Shown here: positions 1-12,000 of the stretch, piece by piece
Position numbering within the stretch: position 1 is the first letter of the stretch
Layout: each line of letters opens with the position of its first letter
Assembly (NCBI GenBank): GCA_002633005.1
Contig: NMRA01000425.1
Span: 1-64,000, forward strand
Source: Phoronis australis
Taxonomy: Eukaryota; Animalia; Phoronida
Direction: 5' to 3'
DNA: 64,000 nt
The notes under the pieces: generated by a model
Seen by the model: only the letters and a program-made list of their open reading frames with translations
Told to the model about the DNA's origin: nothing
Database searches by the model: none
Made by a program: the position numbers and the translations under genes

Positions 1-327
1 TAGGGGTTAGTAACAGTACTCTAAACTAAAAAAAAAATCGACTGTGTCCAATACTCCCCTACCAAAATTCTCTGAGTTAAATTTTAACAAAACAGTGAAA
101 GATCTTTCAAGCTATCACTATGACAGTCAGCATGCATCGGTACCAAGTGCGTACATTGGCACTTTATTATTGATGACATTAATGTTCTGGAGAATATAGC
201 AGCATTATTACCATCTATCATGAGATCACATAGGTATGCATGATGACATTGGTTAAATGTTAAACATGTGCATGTTTACACATAAACAACAAGAAACACA
301 CTCTATTCAGGTAAACGTATATCTTAC

Positions 328-1390
328 CAAATGCGTCATTCATGACGGGCTCATCATCTTCATCAGCCGCGTCCAACAGCGGTGAGAAAGCGTACCTGTT
401 GCGAATGTAATCACAGGTGAACAGAACATAACGGCAGTAAAATGGAGCACTAATGACAAACACGACAAATACATAAATCTTCTGTGAGTCACCAAGATCT
501 GAAGTGAGACCAGGGAACTGACCACATGTGGACACACAGGAGGTCATTTCCTATCTATACATAAGCAAGTAGTGGCTTGCCAGTACATTAGTCTCCCCTT
601 TTACACAGTAAGGGTGAGATTACCAATACTCATGTCGACAGTGACAGGCATAAAATGGATCTTAAACCCAATCACCAGAGACCATTAGCTTGCAAGTGCT
701 GCAATGGACAGTAGAAATTGCTCACAAAATATGAGGTCTACATTTAAAGATCGGTGTTTGAAAAACATTTGTAAACGGTATATTTTGTACTGGCAACTAT
801 TCACCACTGCACAAAAAGTACAATATACTCCGAGTTGTACTCGGCATCTCATACATACTCTGTGTCCCATCTGTGAGTGGTTTCATAGACGCAGCAAATT
901 CAAAACGTCTCATTGTTTTTGAACTACTCTGTAAGCTAATTCTGGTAAATTCAAGAAAAGAGTTGTTAAATTGTCTCTTTACAATTTTTTCAAAAATTGA
1001 CTGCAGTCGATTTTCGGACACAGCTAAACAGTGCAACACAAACTTGGCTACTCTAAATACAGAATATTTGTCTCGATTTTCGCTTTTGTTGAAAAATTAG
1101 ACAAAATAGATTCCGTGTTTCCGCCACATACCCGTGTGCTAAATAAGAGATGAGAACTACCATCTAATACTTCCTCAAAGAATAACCAGCAATTGAACAC
1201 TGAGAGAGACATGACACTCGTACTTTTTCAACAGGATAATGCTTAGTGCATAACAAAACACAAACTGCCAAATAACCACTCACCTCTGGTTATTCTGCGA
1301 CGGCCTCCACAGGATAATAATGACCAATAGGATGACAGCAAACAGCAGATGCCAGTAAGCGTCGTCTAACCACTTCTCGCTCCATGCATC
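328..1390 (-). CDS. TMEM87: Two internal/C-terminal exons (1390-1284, 395-328) of a TMEM87/GOST-family seven-TM protein; the gene continues beyond position 1
   Basis: GT-AG bounded exons splice in frame to [36 protein letters not shown]|[22 protein letters not shown], matching the TM7 and WRPSxNNQR(Y/F)AFSPL motif of TMEM87A/B. Confidence 0.88.
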
Positions 1391-2846
1391 CTGAACACAA
1401 GTCATAAGGGTCAAGGGTCAAGGGTCATAACCAGATTAGGCTTATACTGCCTTAACGTTCTGGCCAAAACACTTCTCGCATTTTCGCAGGCACGATCGCT
1501 CGTAGAACCAAAAGCAGTGCAAAGCCTTGGCAATAAACAGTATGCTTCTAGGGGTGTTTATTACAACCATGTAATATGTAAAAGGGAACTAGGAGGGGCA
1601 GTATAAGTAACATCCAAGGGAACCTTGCAGCTGTGTGATACTGCTGTAAAGTAATGTGACATGACACTTTCTGTCCCTATTGTCTTACTTCGGTATTCTT
1701 TCAAATAAGACTCAACAGTATATTACTACCATCAGAATTTCAGACAAATTACTCATGGAAACGGGCATACTGTTTTCTTATTAGTGCCTGTTCTTTTTTT
1801 AGGAAAGAAAAATACATGTCCTTGTGTTGACCTCTTTAATGATTTGTTTGCAAGAGATAGCTAATTGAATTATTCCTGTTATGGTTAAAAGTGTGACTTA
1901 AAGACAAGATGACAACATACAGAAATTCTTCACTTATTTAGCAAACATTATGGCTGACAAATGGTATTTATTTTGTCAAATTTCTCCACAAATATAAATA
2001 TTAATGAAATTTCTATCCAGATTTCGTAAAATAACTTATGAGAATTTTACGTTATTTGCCGTAATCAACTTTAGTTTGAGGCAATTTGGAAATTTTTGTC
2101 TAAAAATAAGGGGAGAATTGCTGTCGTAAATTGATATGTGGTTAATGGTTCTTTGGTTTAACAAGCTATGAGGAACACAAGGGTTTTGTTTTGTCAAATT
2201 TCTTTTTTATTAAACAAAATGTAATCATCCTTTGAAAATAAAAAATGCAATTTTGAAAACATTTTTTTGCATAATTGAAGAGAAATTACAGTAAAATTAT
2301 GGTAACACAAAGTTGTTTTTTTCTTCCTGGAAACATTGAAATTGTTTATTTGTTTGATATTCCACTTACCATTATACTAATAACATGTTGTTCAATAACA
2401 GAATCATCGAAAAAATTATATTTTTTACATATTTCCATTTTCAGATTAAAGATGCATTTCTTCCATCTTATGTTACACACTTATAAACCTTTCAAAAAAG
2501 AATTGCTTTTGGGATATCAAATTCTACAAATTAGAATCAACTGTTTCATTGTTCAAGTTTACCCTGGCAGGGAAAAATACATTTTAAAGCAGAATTCATA
2601 CAGCCCATTCAAATTTAGAGCAAGAATTGTCAATAGAAATTTACTGAGAATGGCTTTGCATTCTATATTAGCTAAGGAAACTAAACCAACTAAAATGTCA
2701 ATGGTAAGCATCAAACAAGGAATTGAATTCAGGTTTGTGGATATTTACCCTACTGTCATGTTCCTATCATTATGCATTATTAAACAGCATGATAATGAGC
2801 GTGTAGTTTGGAAACGTTAGTTGATGACATGATCGCACGGTGGTGA

Positions 2847-3332
2847 CAAACATTCCCCATGGATAGCATTAGTCGATTACATGAATGTACTGTGGAGAAT
2901 TCTGATTAACGTTCCCCATGGACAGCGTTAGTCGATGGTATGAATGTACAGTGGAAAATTCTGACTAACGTTCCCCATGGATAGCGTTAGTCAGAATTCT
3001 CCACTTTACATCCATGCAATCGACTAACGTTCCCCATGGATAGCGTTAGTCGATGGTATGAATGTAGAATTCCCCATGGATAGCGTTAGTCGATGGCATG
3101 AGTGTACAGTGGTGAATTTTGACTAACGTTCCCCATGGATAGCGTTAGTCAATGGCATAAATGTGCAGTGATGAATCCTGACTAACGTTCCCCATGGATA
3201 GCGTTAGTCGATGGCATGAGTGTACATTGGTGAATTCTGACTAACGTTCCCCATGGATAGCGTTAGTCGATGGCATAAATGTGCAGTGATGAATCCTGAC
3301 TAACGTTCCCCATGGATAGCGTTAGTCGATGG
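2847..3332. repeat. Minisatellite of ~59-bp units (about 9) built on a quasi-palindromic 30-bp core GACTAACGTTCCCCATGGATAGCGTTAGTC
   Basis: Core repeats directly, separated by ~29-bp near-identical linkers; one linker is inverted and one is shortened. Confidence 0.9.
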
Positions 3333-3872
3333 TGTTCATCTACAAAGGAGAATTACAGCTAAAATTTTCCTTGGCACAAAACTACATTATAGAATTTTGA
3401 CGTTAGTCAAACAACACATTGGAGTATTCTGACTAACTGGCGTTAGTTCGAAGCAAAAAAAGCTTTCAGTCACTTAGTATTAGTTAGTTTGACCATTTTC
3501 AACTAGTTTTGCATAAGCATTTTGACTAACGTTGAATCACGATTTAATGAAAAACTCAAAATGTGGAATGCCACTTGAAAAAAGAATTGCCAGTTGAAAT
3601 AATAACATGTTTTAATTTTTCCGTAACTTAAGTTTACACTTAAGGTTAGTTTCAAGATTTTCCTCATCGTTAACTTAATAGATGTTTTGTATGCACTTGA
3701 AACAATACTATGTTCCCCTACTTGCATTTTTTTGCAAATTTCAAAACTTTAACTTAGTGCAAATAATAATACGCACTGCTCATCTGAAAGTCATCTTTAG
3801 TCCAAACAAAATATCTGTTGTCCAACGTTGCAGCCAGAGTAGAGTTTAAGTGTTCATGAAGGACCCGATTAC

Positions 3873-6403
3873 CATCCCTTGATGGATGAAGTCAGTCGTC
3901 TCTGAAACCAAATAAAAATATCCGGAAAAGTATAGAAATTAAGTCATGTTGAAATGGCAACAGACAAGGAATACTGTGCTGTAAATTTAAAATGGGGATG
4001 GTTTGACACACAAAGATGTCCAAAAATCAACTGGTGCTGATGCATCATTACTGTATACCAATGTTTCAAGGAAGCGATAGATAATATGCAGAGAGGGTGC
4101 TGACCAAAACCTCTCAACGCAGAAGGTGTGAGTGCATATGAAGGTAACATTTATTTGCACCTTGCACCAGTTTGAGTTCTTTGATGACTGTCTTGACTGA
4201 AGAGCTTAAAGCATTTATAAGACATCTGAAACTACACAGGACTTACATGGAATGTCCCATGACTGAAAAAACATACCTTGGCGAAAGTCTGCGCAGTCGC
4301 TACCTATCAAAACGTGGTGTGGTCAACGTAGAAAATCTTGTAGTCCATTAGTGCCGTCCTCCTCACCAGGAGCTCCAGAAACTCTTTATTGTATTTGTCC
4401 GCTGCTGCTGCATGCCTTTTAAAATGTAAATAAATATCACAGAATGTTTATGGGATATAAGGATACAAGATCTAGCAGAATAACACCATCAATTCATAAA
4501 CTCACAAATTCTTTCAATACCTTTAAAATAGACAAAACCCATGGTGGTGACAGTTTTTAAAATTAGCATAATGCCCCTTATTAAGTAGTGTCCATTGCTG
4601 AATATTTTCTTTGAAGGAAACACAGACAATAAAAAAGTTAAACATCACAAACGTGGTGAAGTACAAGTGCTTAAGCATGCTGCAAAAGAAGCATAAAATG
4701 AAAATCATTGTAGTGGCTTCAGCGAGAAATATGAGAAATGAACATAGCATTGGGCTACTGCACGTTATAAGTACAAGAGGCACCCACACCCGATGAAGAA
4801 GTTAATCAAAAGCAAGAGGTTTAGGCAAAGCCACGGCACACAGCGAGGAAACGTTTAGAGCTACCAGGTCACAAACAAAATTACCTGACTGTTAGCTGTA
4901 AAATGAATAACTAATTATATATTATTAATAGGTAAATGCAGTATTGGCCAAAGGCAACCTTTTTATATGGCAAGTAGTAACAAATAGACTGCTTTGAATT
5001 ATAATATGATTGAACAATTTGAAAGAGCAAATTAAATTGGATTAAATAGTGGATTTTTCTTTCATTTTTAGCCGGACTATAGCGAAATGAAGTTTTGACT
5101 TTGTTGTCATGTTAAACTCACCATCTGAGCAAAAAGTAACACATCTTCCACTGTGTACTTCCAAGTCAATGCTGATGTTGCGGCTACTCTCAGCGTAATT
5201 GTAAATGCCATCAGTGATCATCTTAACCTAAGAATAAGTATTAAATGAACATTAATGACAATTACCAAAATTAGCAAAAGACAAGGGACCTTCCATACTG
5301 CAGAGCGTTCCCCACAACCTGACAAATTTGAAAGTGTGAAAACTGAGTCACACACTCCCCATGACACAGTGTAGATTTTGATTTTCAAATAAGAAACAGA
5401 GTCCATTAGGAGGCTGATGATTTCTTCTCCATGAACACTGTTTTCAACACTACGACCAATGACATTATGCACATCGATGATTAGGAATGAAGCCAAACTA
5501 ACGCGATCTCATTAGAAATACAGAGGGAAATCTTGCTTTTCAAGGAAGGTACTAGCGACATTACAGAACTCTACCCTATCCCTAGGACTAATGCAAATGG
5601 GCATGTTGTAAAAAGGACATTTTACAACTACACAAGATAGTCAAGATATTATTAATGTTCCAAGAACTCACCTTCATTCTGACCTGATTATTCAAAGCTG
5701 ATCTGATGTATGAAAGTCTAAAACTTCTATTAGAATCAACTTATACACCTGAATACTATGGAAATAACAACTTATAAGTAGTTACCAAGGTTACAAAACA
5801 ATTATTCTAGCCCTTTAAACACTATTATTAAAACAAACGAGCCAAAAATGACGTTCAAACTGAAAGATGATGCACAACAAAGTGATTACAACTACACAAC
5901 AGGAATCCTAAACACGTGAACAATGAGCACAATCGAGTAATTTTGCAGTAGAAGTAGTAAGGCAGGAAAGCAGAAGGAGGTCACATAGAGCATCCGGTAG
6001 GTTTACCTCCCTGCGTGCGCACAGATCCCAGCTCTTCCGGGTGTAGTAGGGAAAAGAAGCGTGGCCTTTTCGCGTCAGCTACTGTGTGGCCGGTTGTTCG
6101 GCCACACAAGTGAAATGCAAAGAAATTAGCTTCCATACCTTCCGAAGACCCCATAATCGGCAGTGGGAAGAAAACCTTACTTCTTGAGTGAACGTGAATG
6201 GCAGTTGTTTCAGCAATAAGACTTTATACATTTGTTCAAGGCACTTCGAAGATGTTTTTAAGAGACTCTACTACTTAATCCTGTCTTCACAAATCCATTT
6301 TTGTTTTCTCCCTTTTGATGAAAACTATCTGGTAAACATTTTGACGAAAATTATCCGCTAAATTTCTTCGTAAACTCTTGTCCTTACGAGGAAGTTCAGC
6401 CAT
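3873..6403 (-). other. Candidate spliced non-coding transcript or decayed gene (exon-like blocks ~6403-6181, 5717-5672, 5227-5122, 4415-4277, 4225-4161, 3901-3873)
   Basis: Series of pyrimidine-AG acceptors and GTAAG/GTGAG/GTATG donors on the minus strand; no continuous reading frame after splicing. Confidence 0.3.
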
Positions 6404-7868
6404 AGCCTAGTGAGCGAATTAACTAAATTACTCTTCGCTGGCCCTGATCAGACGGTTGGTCTCAGCAGAATGCGCACATTTGGCCAGGATTTGGATCAGC
6501 GATTTCAACAAATTCACATTTGTGTACAAATAAATAGAACGCTGGTAAAACCTTTAACATAAATAAAGATTACAGTAATACTTCATAAATAACCACCCGG
6601 ACCAGTCAAAATCTATCTCGCAATTCAACAGCAGGTTACACACTCATTTCATGTCGAATATATGCTGCACAAAATCTCTCGACTGCAGTCTATGAAAATG
6701 CAACCAACTTCTTTGAAAACATGGAACAGGAACACCAGAGGGGTGTAAAAATTGTTTATATTCTTCAATGTTAAACTTTTTGTAAGCGGACATATGGTTT
6801 TTTAAATTTCCGCCTTAAGTCCTAACATTTCTAAACTTAAGCCTTTCAAACGAACATTTATGACGAAAACAAAATTCTTCAACCAGTTTTGTAAAGTCCT
6901 ATGCCACCTGCAGGGTACATAATGAGCCAATCCCACTCCTATTGTAACACAAGGGTCCCGTGCATAAAGGATACTAAGTATTGCCCTTCTGAAATATTAC
7001 AGTATGCGCCCTAATAAGCGGCCAGGGTGCTTAGAAAAATCCGCTTCAGGAAGGGGGCGCTTATTATAGCCTAAAAGTGGTTGAAACCCGCTCTCCGGAA
7101 CAGGTGAAATCGCAAGCTAGAATTCATCAAAGTTACGCTCTGTGACGCATCTGTAACCTATGAACAGAGTTTCTACAAAACTGCAGTGCATTGCTATCAA
7201 ACTTTGTTGTCAACTTACGAGCATTTTTCAGAAAATACGACTGCCAAAAATTGCCGTGAATCAGGTTTCAAGCTCTTCAGCTTGGTTTAACTATATATTA
7301 ATAAACCATAAAAATGGTTCCAAGTGATCAGTGCAATGCCTGCGCACGTCTAATAAATGTGTATCATGCAGCTCCTGATTTAAACAAAGGTCTGTTTTTT
7401 TTTAATTTTGGTCCGGTATAAATAAGGCCACAGACCTGGAAATCCAGCGAAACAGAAAATTTGAGTTTTCGAAAACAGCTCGATTTTTAGGGAGTCCTGT
7501 TTCAATGTTCTATTTATTTTCAAAACTTTATTATGTTACATTTAGCTTATTTTTTGTTCAACTCAATGAAGCCACCTAATATGAATGCATTCAGCACAAT
7601 TAATGCATTGTAAAAACCAAAAGTTATGCTCTATCGAGGTTAGACAAAATCAGTACACCCCTTTCTTTAAAAATGGGTTAAAAGTTAGAAACAAAGGACA
7701 CAAGTTTCCATCACTTGTAACGTCGATTTTCGACATTGATGTTGGGGAGGAACAACAGTCTGGCGACAGCAACATGTAATCACGCGAAGGCGATGATTTT
7801 CAAAATTTGATTCGTTTTCGTAGTATGTCTTTTTTCCCTATGGTTCAGGGCTACTTCTGAATCCAGTN

Positions 7869-8160
7869 AAAATGACGTTCAAACTGAAAGATGATGCACA
7901 GAAAGGTGATTACAACTACACAACAGGAATCCTAAACACGTGAAAAATGAGCACAATCGAGTAATTTTGCAGTAGAAGTAGTAAGGCAGATAGATTTTCG
8001 CTAAATAATCGCAGTTGACTTTCCGTCTCAGTCATGCAGAAGGAGGTCACATATAGCATCCGGTAGGTTGACCTCCCTGCGCGCGCACAGACTCCAATAC
8101 TTCCGGTGGTGTAGTGGGGAAACCAAGCGTGGCCTTTTCGCCAGTTACTGCAGCACTGTG
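7869..8160 (+). repeat. Direct duplicate of 5846-6090 beginning right after a single n
   Basis: Near-identical sequence AAAATGACGTTCAAACTGAAAGATGATGCAC... in both places, with indels. Confidence 0.85.
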
Positions 8161-8463
8161 ACCTTGACCCAGAGCCACGTTTTTGTGTTTTTCTCTTAGA
8201 AGAGCTAGTGCGGCTGCGTTCTCATTGTAAACCAAGTCTAAAAGTAATGTTGGAAAACTTGAAAATCACGAGCTAGAGGCCAAGGAAAACTTTCTCATAT
8301 CGCTTCGTATAACCATAGGTACTCAGTGATGGCCTGCTTCTCAAAATCAGGGTGCATGATGTCTGACTAGTGCCGAAGTAGGCAGCGGGTCAAAATCTTT
8401 TGAATGCCATTTTAGGATTTAAGTTGTTTCGATTTCATTTCATCGTTCATCGACTGTTGAAAA

Positions 8464-8573
8464 CACAGGCGTCCTCAGCTTCTGATCGTCCCCAATACAC
8501 TGTACATATAATACTAGTATATAATAATTATATGTAGTGTATTGGGGACGATCAGAAGCTGAGGACGCCTGTG
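8464..8573. repeat. Long hairpin / foldback (perfect 38-bp inverted arms) upstream of SNUPN, MITE-like
   Basis: 8464-8501 is the exact reverse complement of 8536-8573; the AT-rich centre also partly pairs. Confidence 0.9.
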
Positions 8574-9038
8574 GCTTGAAGGCACAAAAGTCTCATTACG
8601 CAATTTCTCTTCCTGCAAAATATCATAATTTTGGTAAGTTTTTGTACATTAGACAGCCCAAGTTGTTTTTCACTGTGTGCATCTCAATGATCGCATATAA
8701 TTCAAGCCAACTCTAGCCCACTAAACAGTCCAGTCTGGGGCACATGAAGTAAGTGGCTATCACACTTTCCTGGAGCTTTAGTTGTTGTCACAGTGGTAAA
8801 AATGTATCGAAATGTGTACGAAAGGTGCGACTGAAGCATTTAACTAATGATTAGTAAGTATGACAAACATTTGGAAGTAGTCGTATATATAACACCTTGA
8901 AATTTTGAGAACCCTTTTCTGCAATGAATAACGGCTGTGCAAACTGTTCTAAAAACGTGAGTACGTTATATCCGACAATATGCCAAACAATTTGTGCCCT
9001 TAGAACTAAGTTTGCCAATTGTCTTTGTAGATTAAACA

Positions 9039-12000
9039 ATGGATGATCTAACCACGGCCTTGGCGACCAGTTTTCAAGTTAGTAACAACTCTTTAACCAC
9101 CGATGCCCCGCATCCTCGATTTTCTGACCTCTACAAAAACAGAGGAAAGTTCAAAGGTCAGGAAGAGCGTCGGCGAAAGATGTTAGAGCTTCAAAAGCAG
9201 TGAGATTTTCTTGTTTTGCTCTTAAACCAGTCACTGATTATGTATGGTACTAGCATAACTGCCCTTGGGGTGAATATTTTTTTGAAGATGAAAGCACAGC
9301 AGTCTCTCGAAAACCTGTTGTCATGAAGTCCTTCTCTCCTACTCATAGCCAAAATGTGTCCAGTTTTGAAATAACCACTGAATTTTAAAAAAAAATAATT
9401 GCAGGCGGTCTGATACACGTTGTACCAGACGTGCGCAGGCCTCGCATGTGGGCCCATTGCACTGATCACCTGGAAATATTTTTATGCTTTATTGATATAT
9501 GGTTAAAACTGAGCTGAGGAGCTAGAAACCTGGCTCAAGGGTTTAGCAGTGTGACCTGGTGGGACTTGAACCCACGACCTTGAGTAAAGAAAGCGGGCAC
9601 TTATCAACCAGGCCACACTGCCTCCTCTACTGAATTTTAAACCTCAAACAGTACCACTGAGATGTCATGAAGTTGAAGCGTTGGCTAACCGAATCAAATA
9701 TCACAAAATTTTGCTTTTAAAAGCTTGAAAGATGTTTAATGTGCAATATATTGCTATTCCCAACTTCAAATTTGCTGTTAACTTGGTACTTTTCTTATCT
9801 TTGAGACCTTTTGTTAAGATTTGTCACACTCTCGGTTAAAAATGACAAACTCATGTGTTATGTTAGACGCGTGGTTAATCAGTTTTTCTGGGTCACGACA
9901 GTTGGCATCACTGATCACATGACTTGTCACATGACAGTTAGGCACACTGATCACGTAAGCATCTTCTTAGATTTCTTGTGGGCTAGTTTTCCTACAAACT
10001 ACTAATATGTTCCACGTATACATCAACTTCAACAACTGTAAGTAGTGGTGTTGCTATGGTTACTGTCACCTGGAGCACAAGATTATGTCACCAAGTTGAC
10101 ATCACCCTGTCTCGGCTGAAGCCTTATTGCACTCGTGCCACTGAAACCATGTGTTTCTATTTTAGGAAGCGCTTTGATTACTTGAATCATGTCCGTCGGT
10201 TGGTGGACAATGACTGGCAGGGATATGACGAGGTTGATGCTGACCAAGATATTGATGAAGATCAGATGGACTATGAGACCTCTCTTCCAAAGCCCGGACA
10301 CAGGTACAAAAACCAGGTAGGTTGATCAGGGCCAAGACTGTAATGATGTGCTNNNNNNNNNNNNNNNNNNNNNNNNNNNNNNNNNNNNNNNNNNNNNNNN
10401 NNNNNNNNNNNNNNNNNNNNNNNNNNNNNNNNNNNNNNNNNNNNNNNNNNNNNNNNNNNNNNNNNNNNNNNNNNNNNNNNNNNNNNNNNNNNNNNNNNNN
10501 NNNNNNNNNNNNNNNNNNNNNNNNNNNNNNNNNNNNNNCCCCCCCCCCCCCCGAGTTCACTGGATGTCAATCAAGTAAATGTGGTCAATTACTACATGGT
10601 CTTCGATGAATGAAAAGGTACCAAATGACAACAAAAACACTTCCTTGAACAATATTTTATTTCTATCCAATGAATTTATCCAAAGAATTTTAGAACCGGG
10701 CCTTTTGTCCATAATTTTGGACCATTTCAAATTTAAATTTATTTTAATCTGTGGAGTTGTTATGTTCAATAAGGCAGACTGTGACAGAAAATTAAAACTA
10801 ATACATCGCCAAAAACAACTTAGGAAAATATAGATACATTGTTACCGTTATGTGGTATAATTTTCACCAATCAACAACGAGAGCGCTCGGAGGAGCGACA
10901 CTTGGCGGAATTAATCGAAAAGACGACGAACACGATAACATTTTTGTGACTAGCGAAGAAATCAAATAGAGAGCATACCTACAATAAAGAACAATAGATG
11001 GCGCAACATGATGGTCCAGTCTGCAGTAGGACAGTGCTGGCTGGGTCAGTCTGGGTTAACTAGGCATAACCAAAATAAAGTGAACTGAAAGCCAGCCAGC
11101 TGCGTCCTTTCATAGGTGACCGAAGGAATAACGGCATTCGAAAATCTCGAATAATTCAAAAGTAGGCGTTGTAGCGCAAAATGGAAAATATCGTCTGAAA
11201 GCCCGTCCACAACTCTACATAGTACTTTGATAGAGCATACAATCAACTACAATAAAGAATAATAGATGGCGCAACATTACGGACGAGGCATGCTTTACAG
11301 TAGGACAGTGCTGGCTGGGTCAGTCTGGGTCAACTAGGCATAACCAAATCAAAGTGAGCTGAAAGCCAGCCAGCTGCGTGTGACCGAAGGAACAACGGTA
11401 TCCGAAAATCTCGAATAATTCAAAAAGTAGACGTCGTAGCGCAAAATGGAAAATATCTTCTGAAAGCCCGTTCAAACTCTATCTAAAGTGGTAGTTTGGC
11501 AAAAATCCAAAAAATTTTTGAGAAAATTTGCCTTTTTTTTTTGAAATTCAAAGTCAAATAACTCGAAAACGGTAAGTCTGAGAAATATGCTCTCGCAGAC
11601 TTTTTGAAAGGTCATACTTCAAGGAATCCACATGAAAAAATTCACGTCATTTGCTCTTCCCATAAAAAATGCGACACCAGAGCGATTGAAACCGTGTGAA
11701 CATGCCCCACAGCCGCCATCTTGAAAGTGATTTCCGGTTCAATAATTTTTTATAAAAGCTTATTAAACTCAACAAACACGTGACCAGTTTGAAAGTAATT
11801 GGTTTGCAAATACGCCCTCTACAGGAGAAAACGTTTTTGGCCATATTTCGGGGTGCGCATGCGCCACGTCCAATATTTCCGCCATCTTTAACCGGAAGTC
11901 AACGATTTTCTGCACAATTGTAGCACATGCGTTCTAGTATATTCGNNNNNNNNNNNNNNNNNNNNNNNNNNNNNNNNNNNNNNNNNNNNNNNNNNNNNNN

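Noticed and set aside
2275-2820. 181-aa ORF
   Set aside because: AT-rich, non-ATG start, no recognisable motif; probably a chance ORF
2847-3332. CRISPR-like array (palindromic ~30-bp repeat with ~29-bp spacers)
   Set aside because: The spacers are copies of one another, there are no cas genes, and the context is a eukaryotic intron-containing locus
9560-9622. Functional tRNA gene (also tRNA-like stretches at ~14455-14520, 28295-28357 and 33800-33866)
   Set aside because: Only A/B-box-like motifs; acceptor and anticodon stems do not pair convincingly, so SINE-like remnants are more likely
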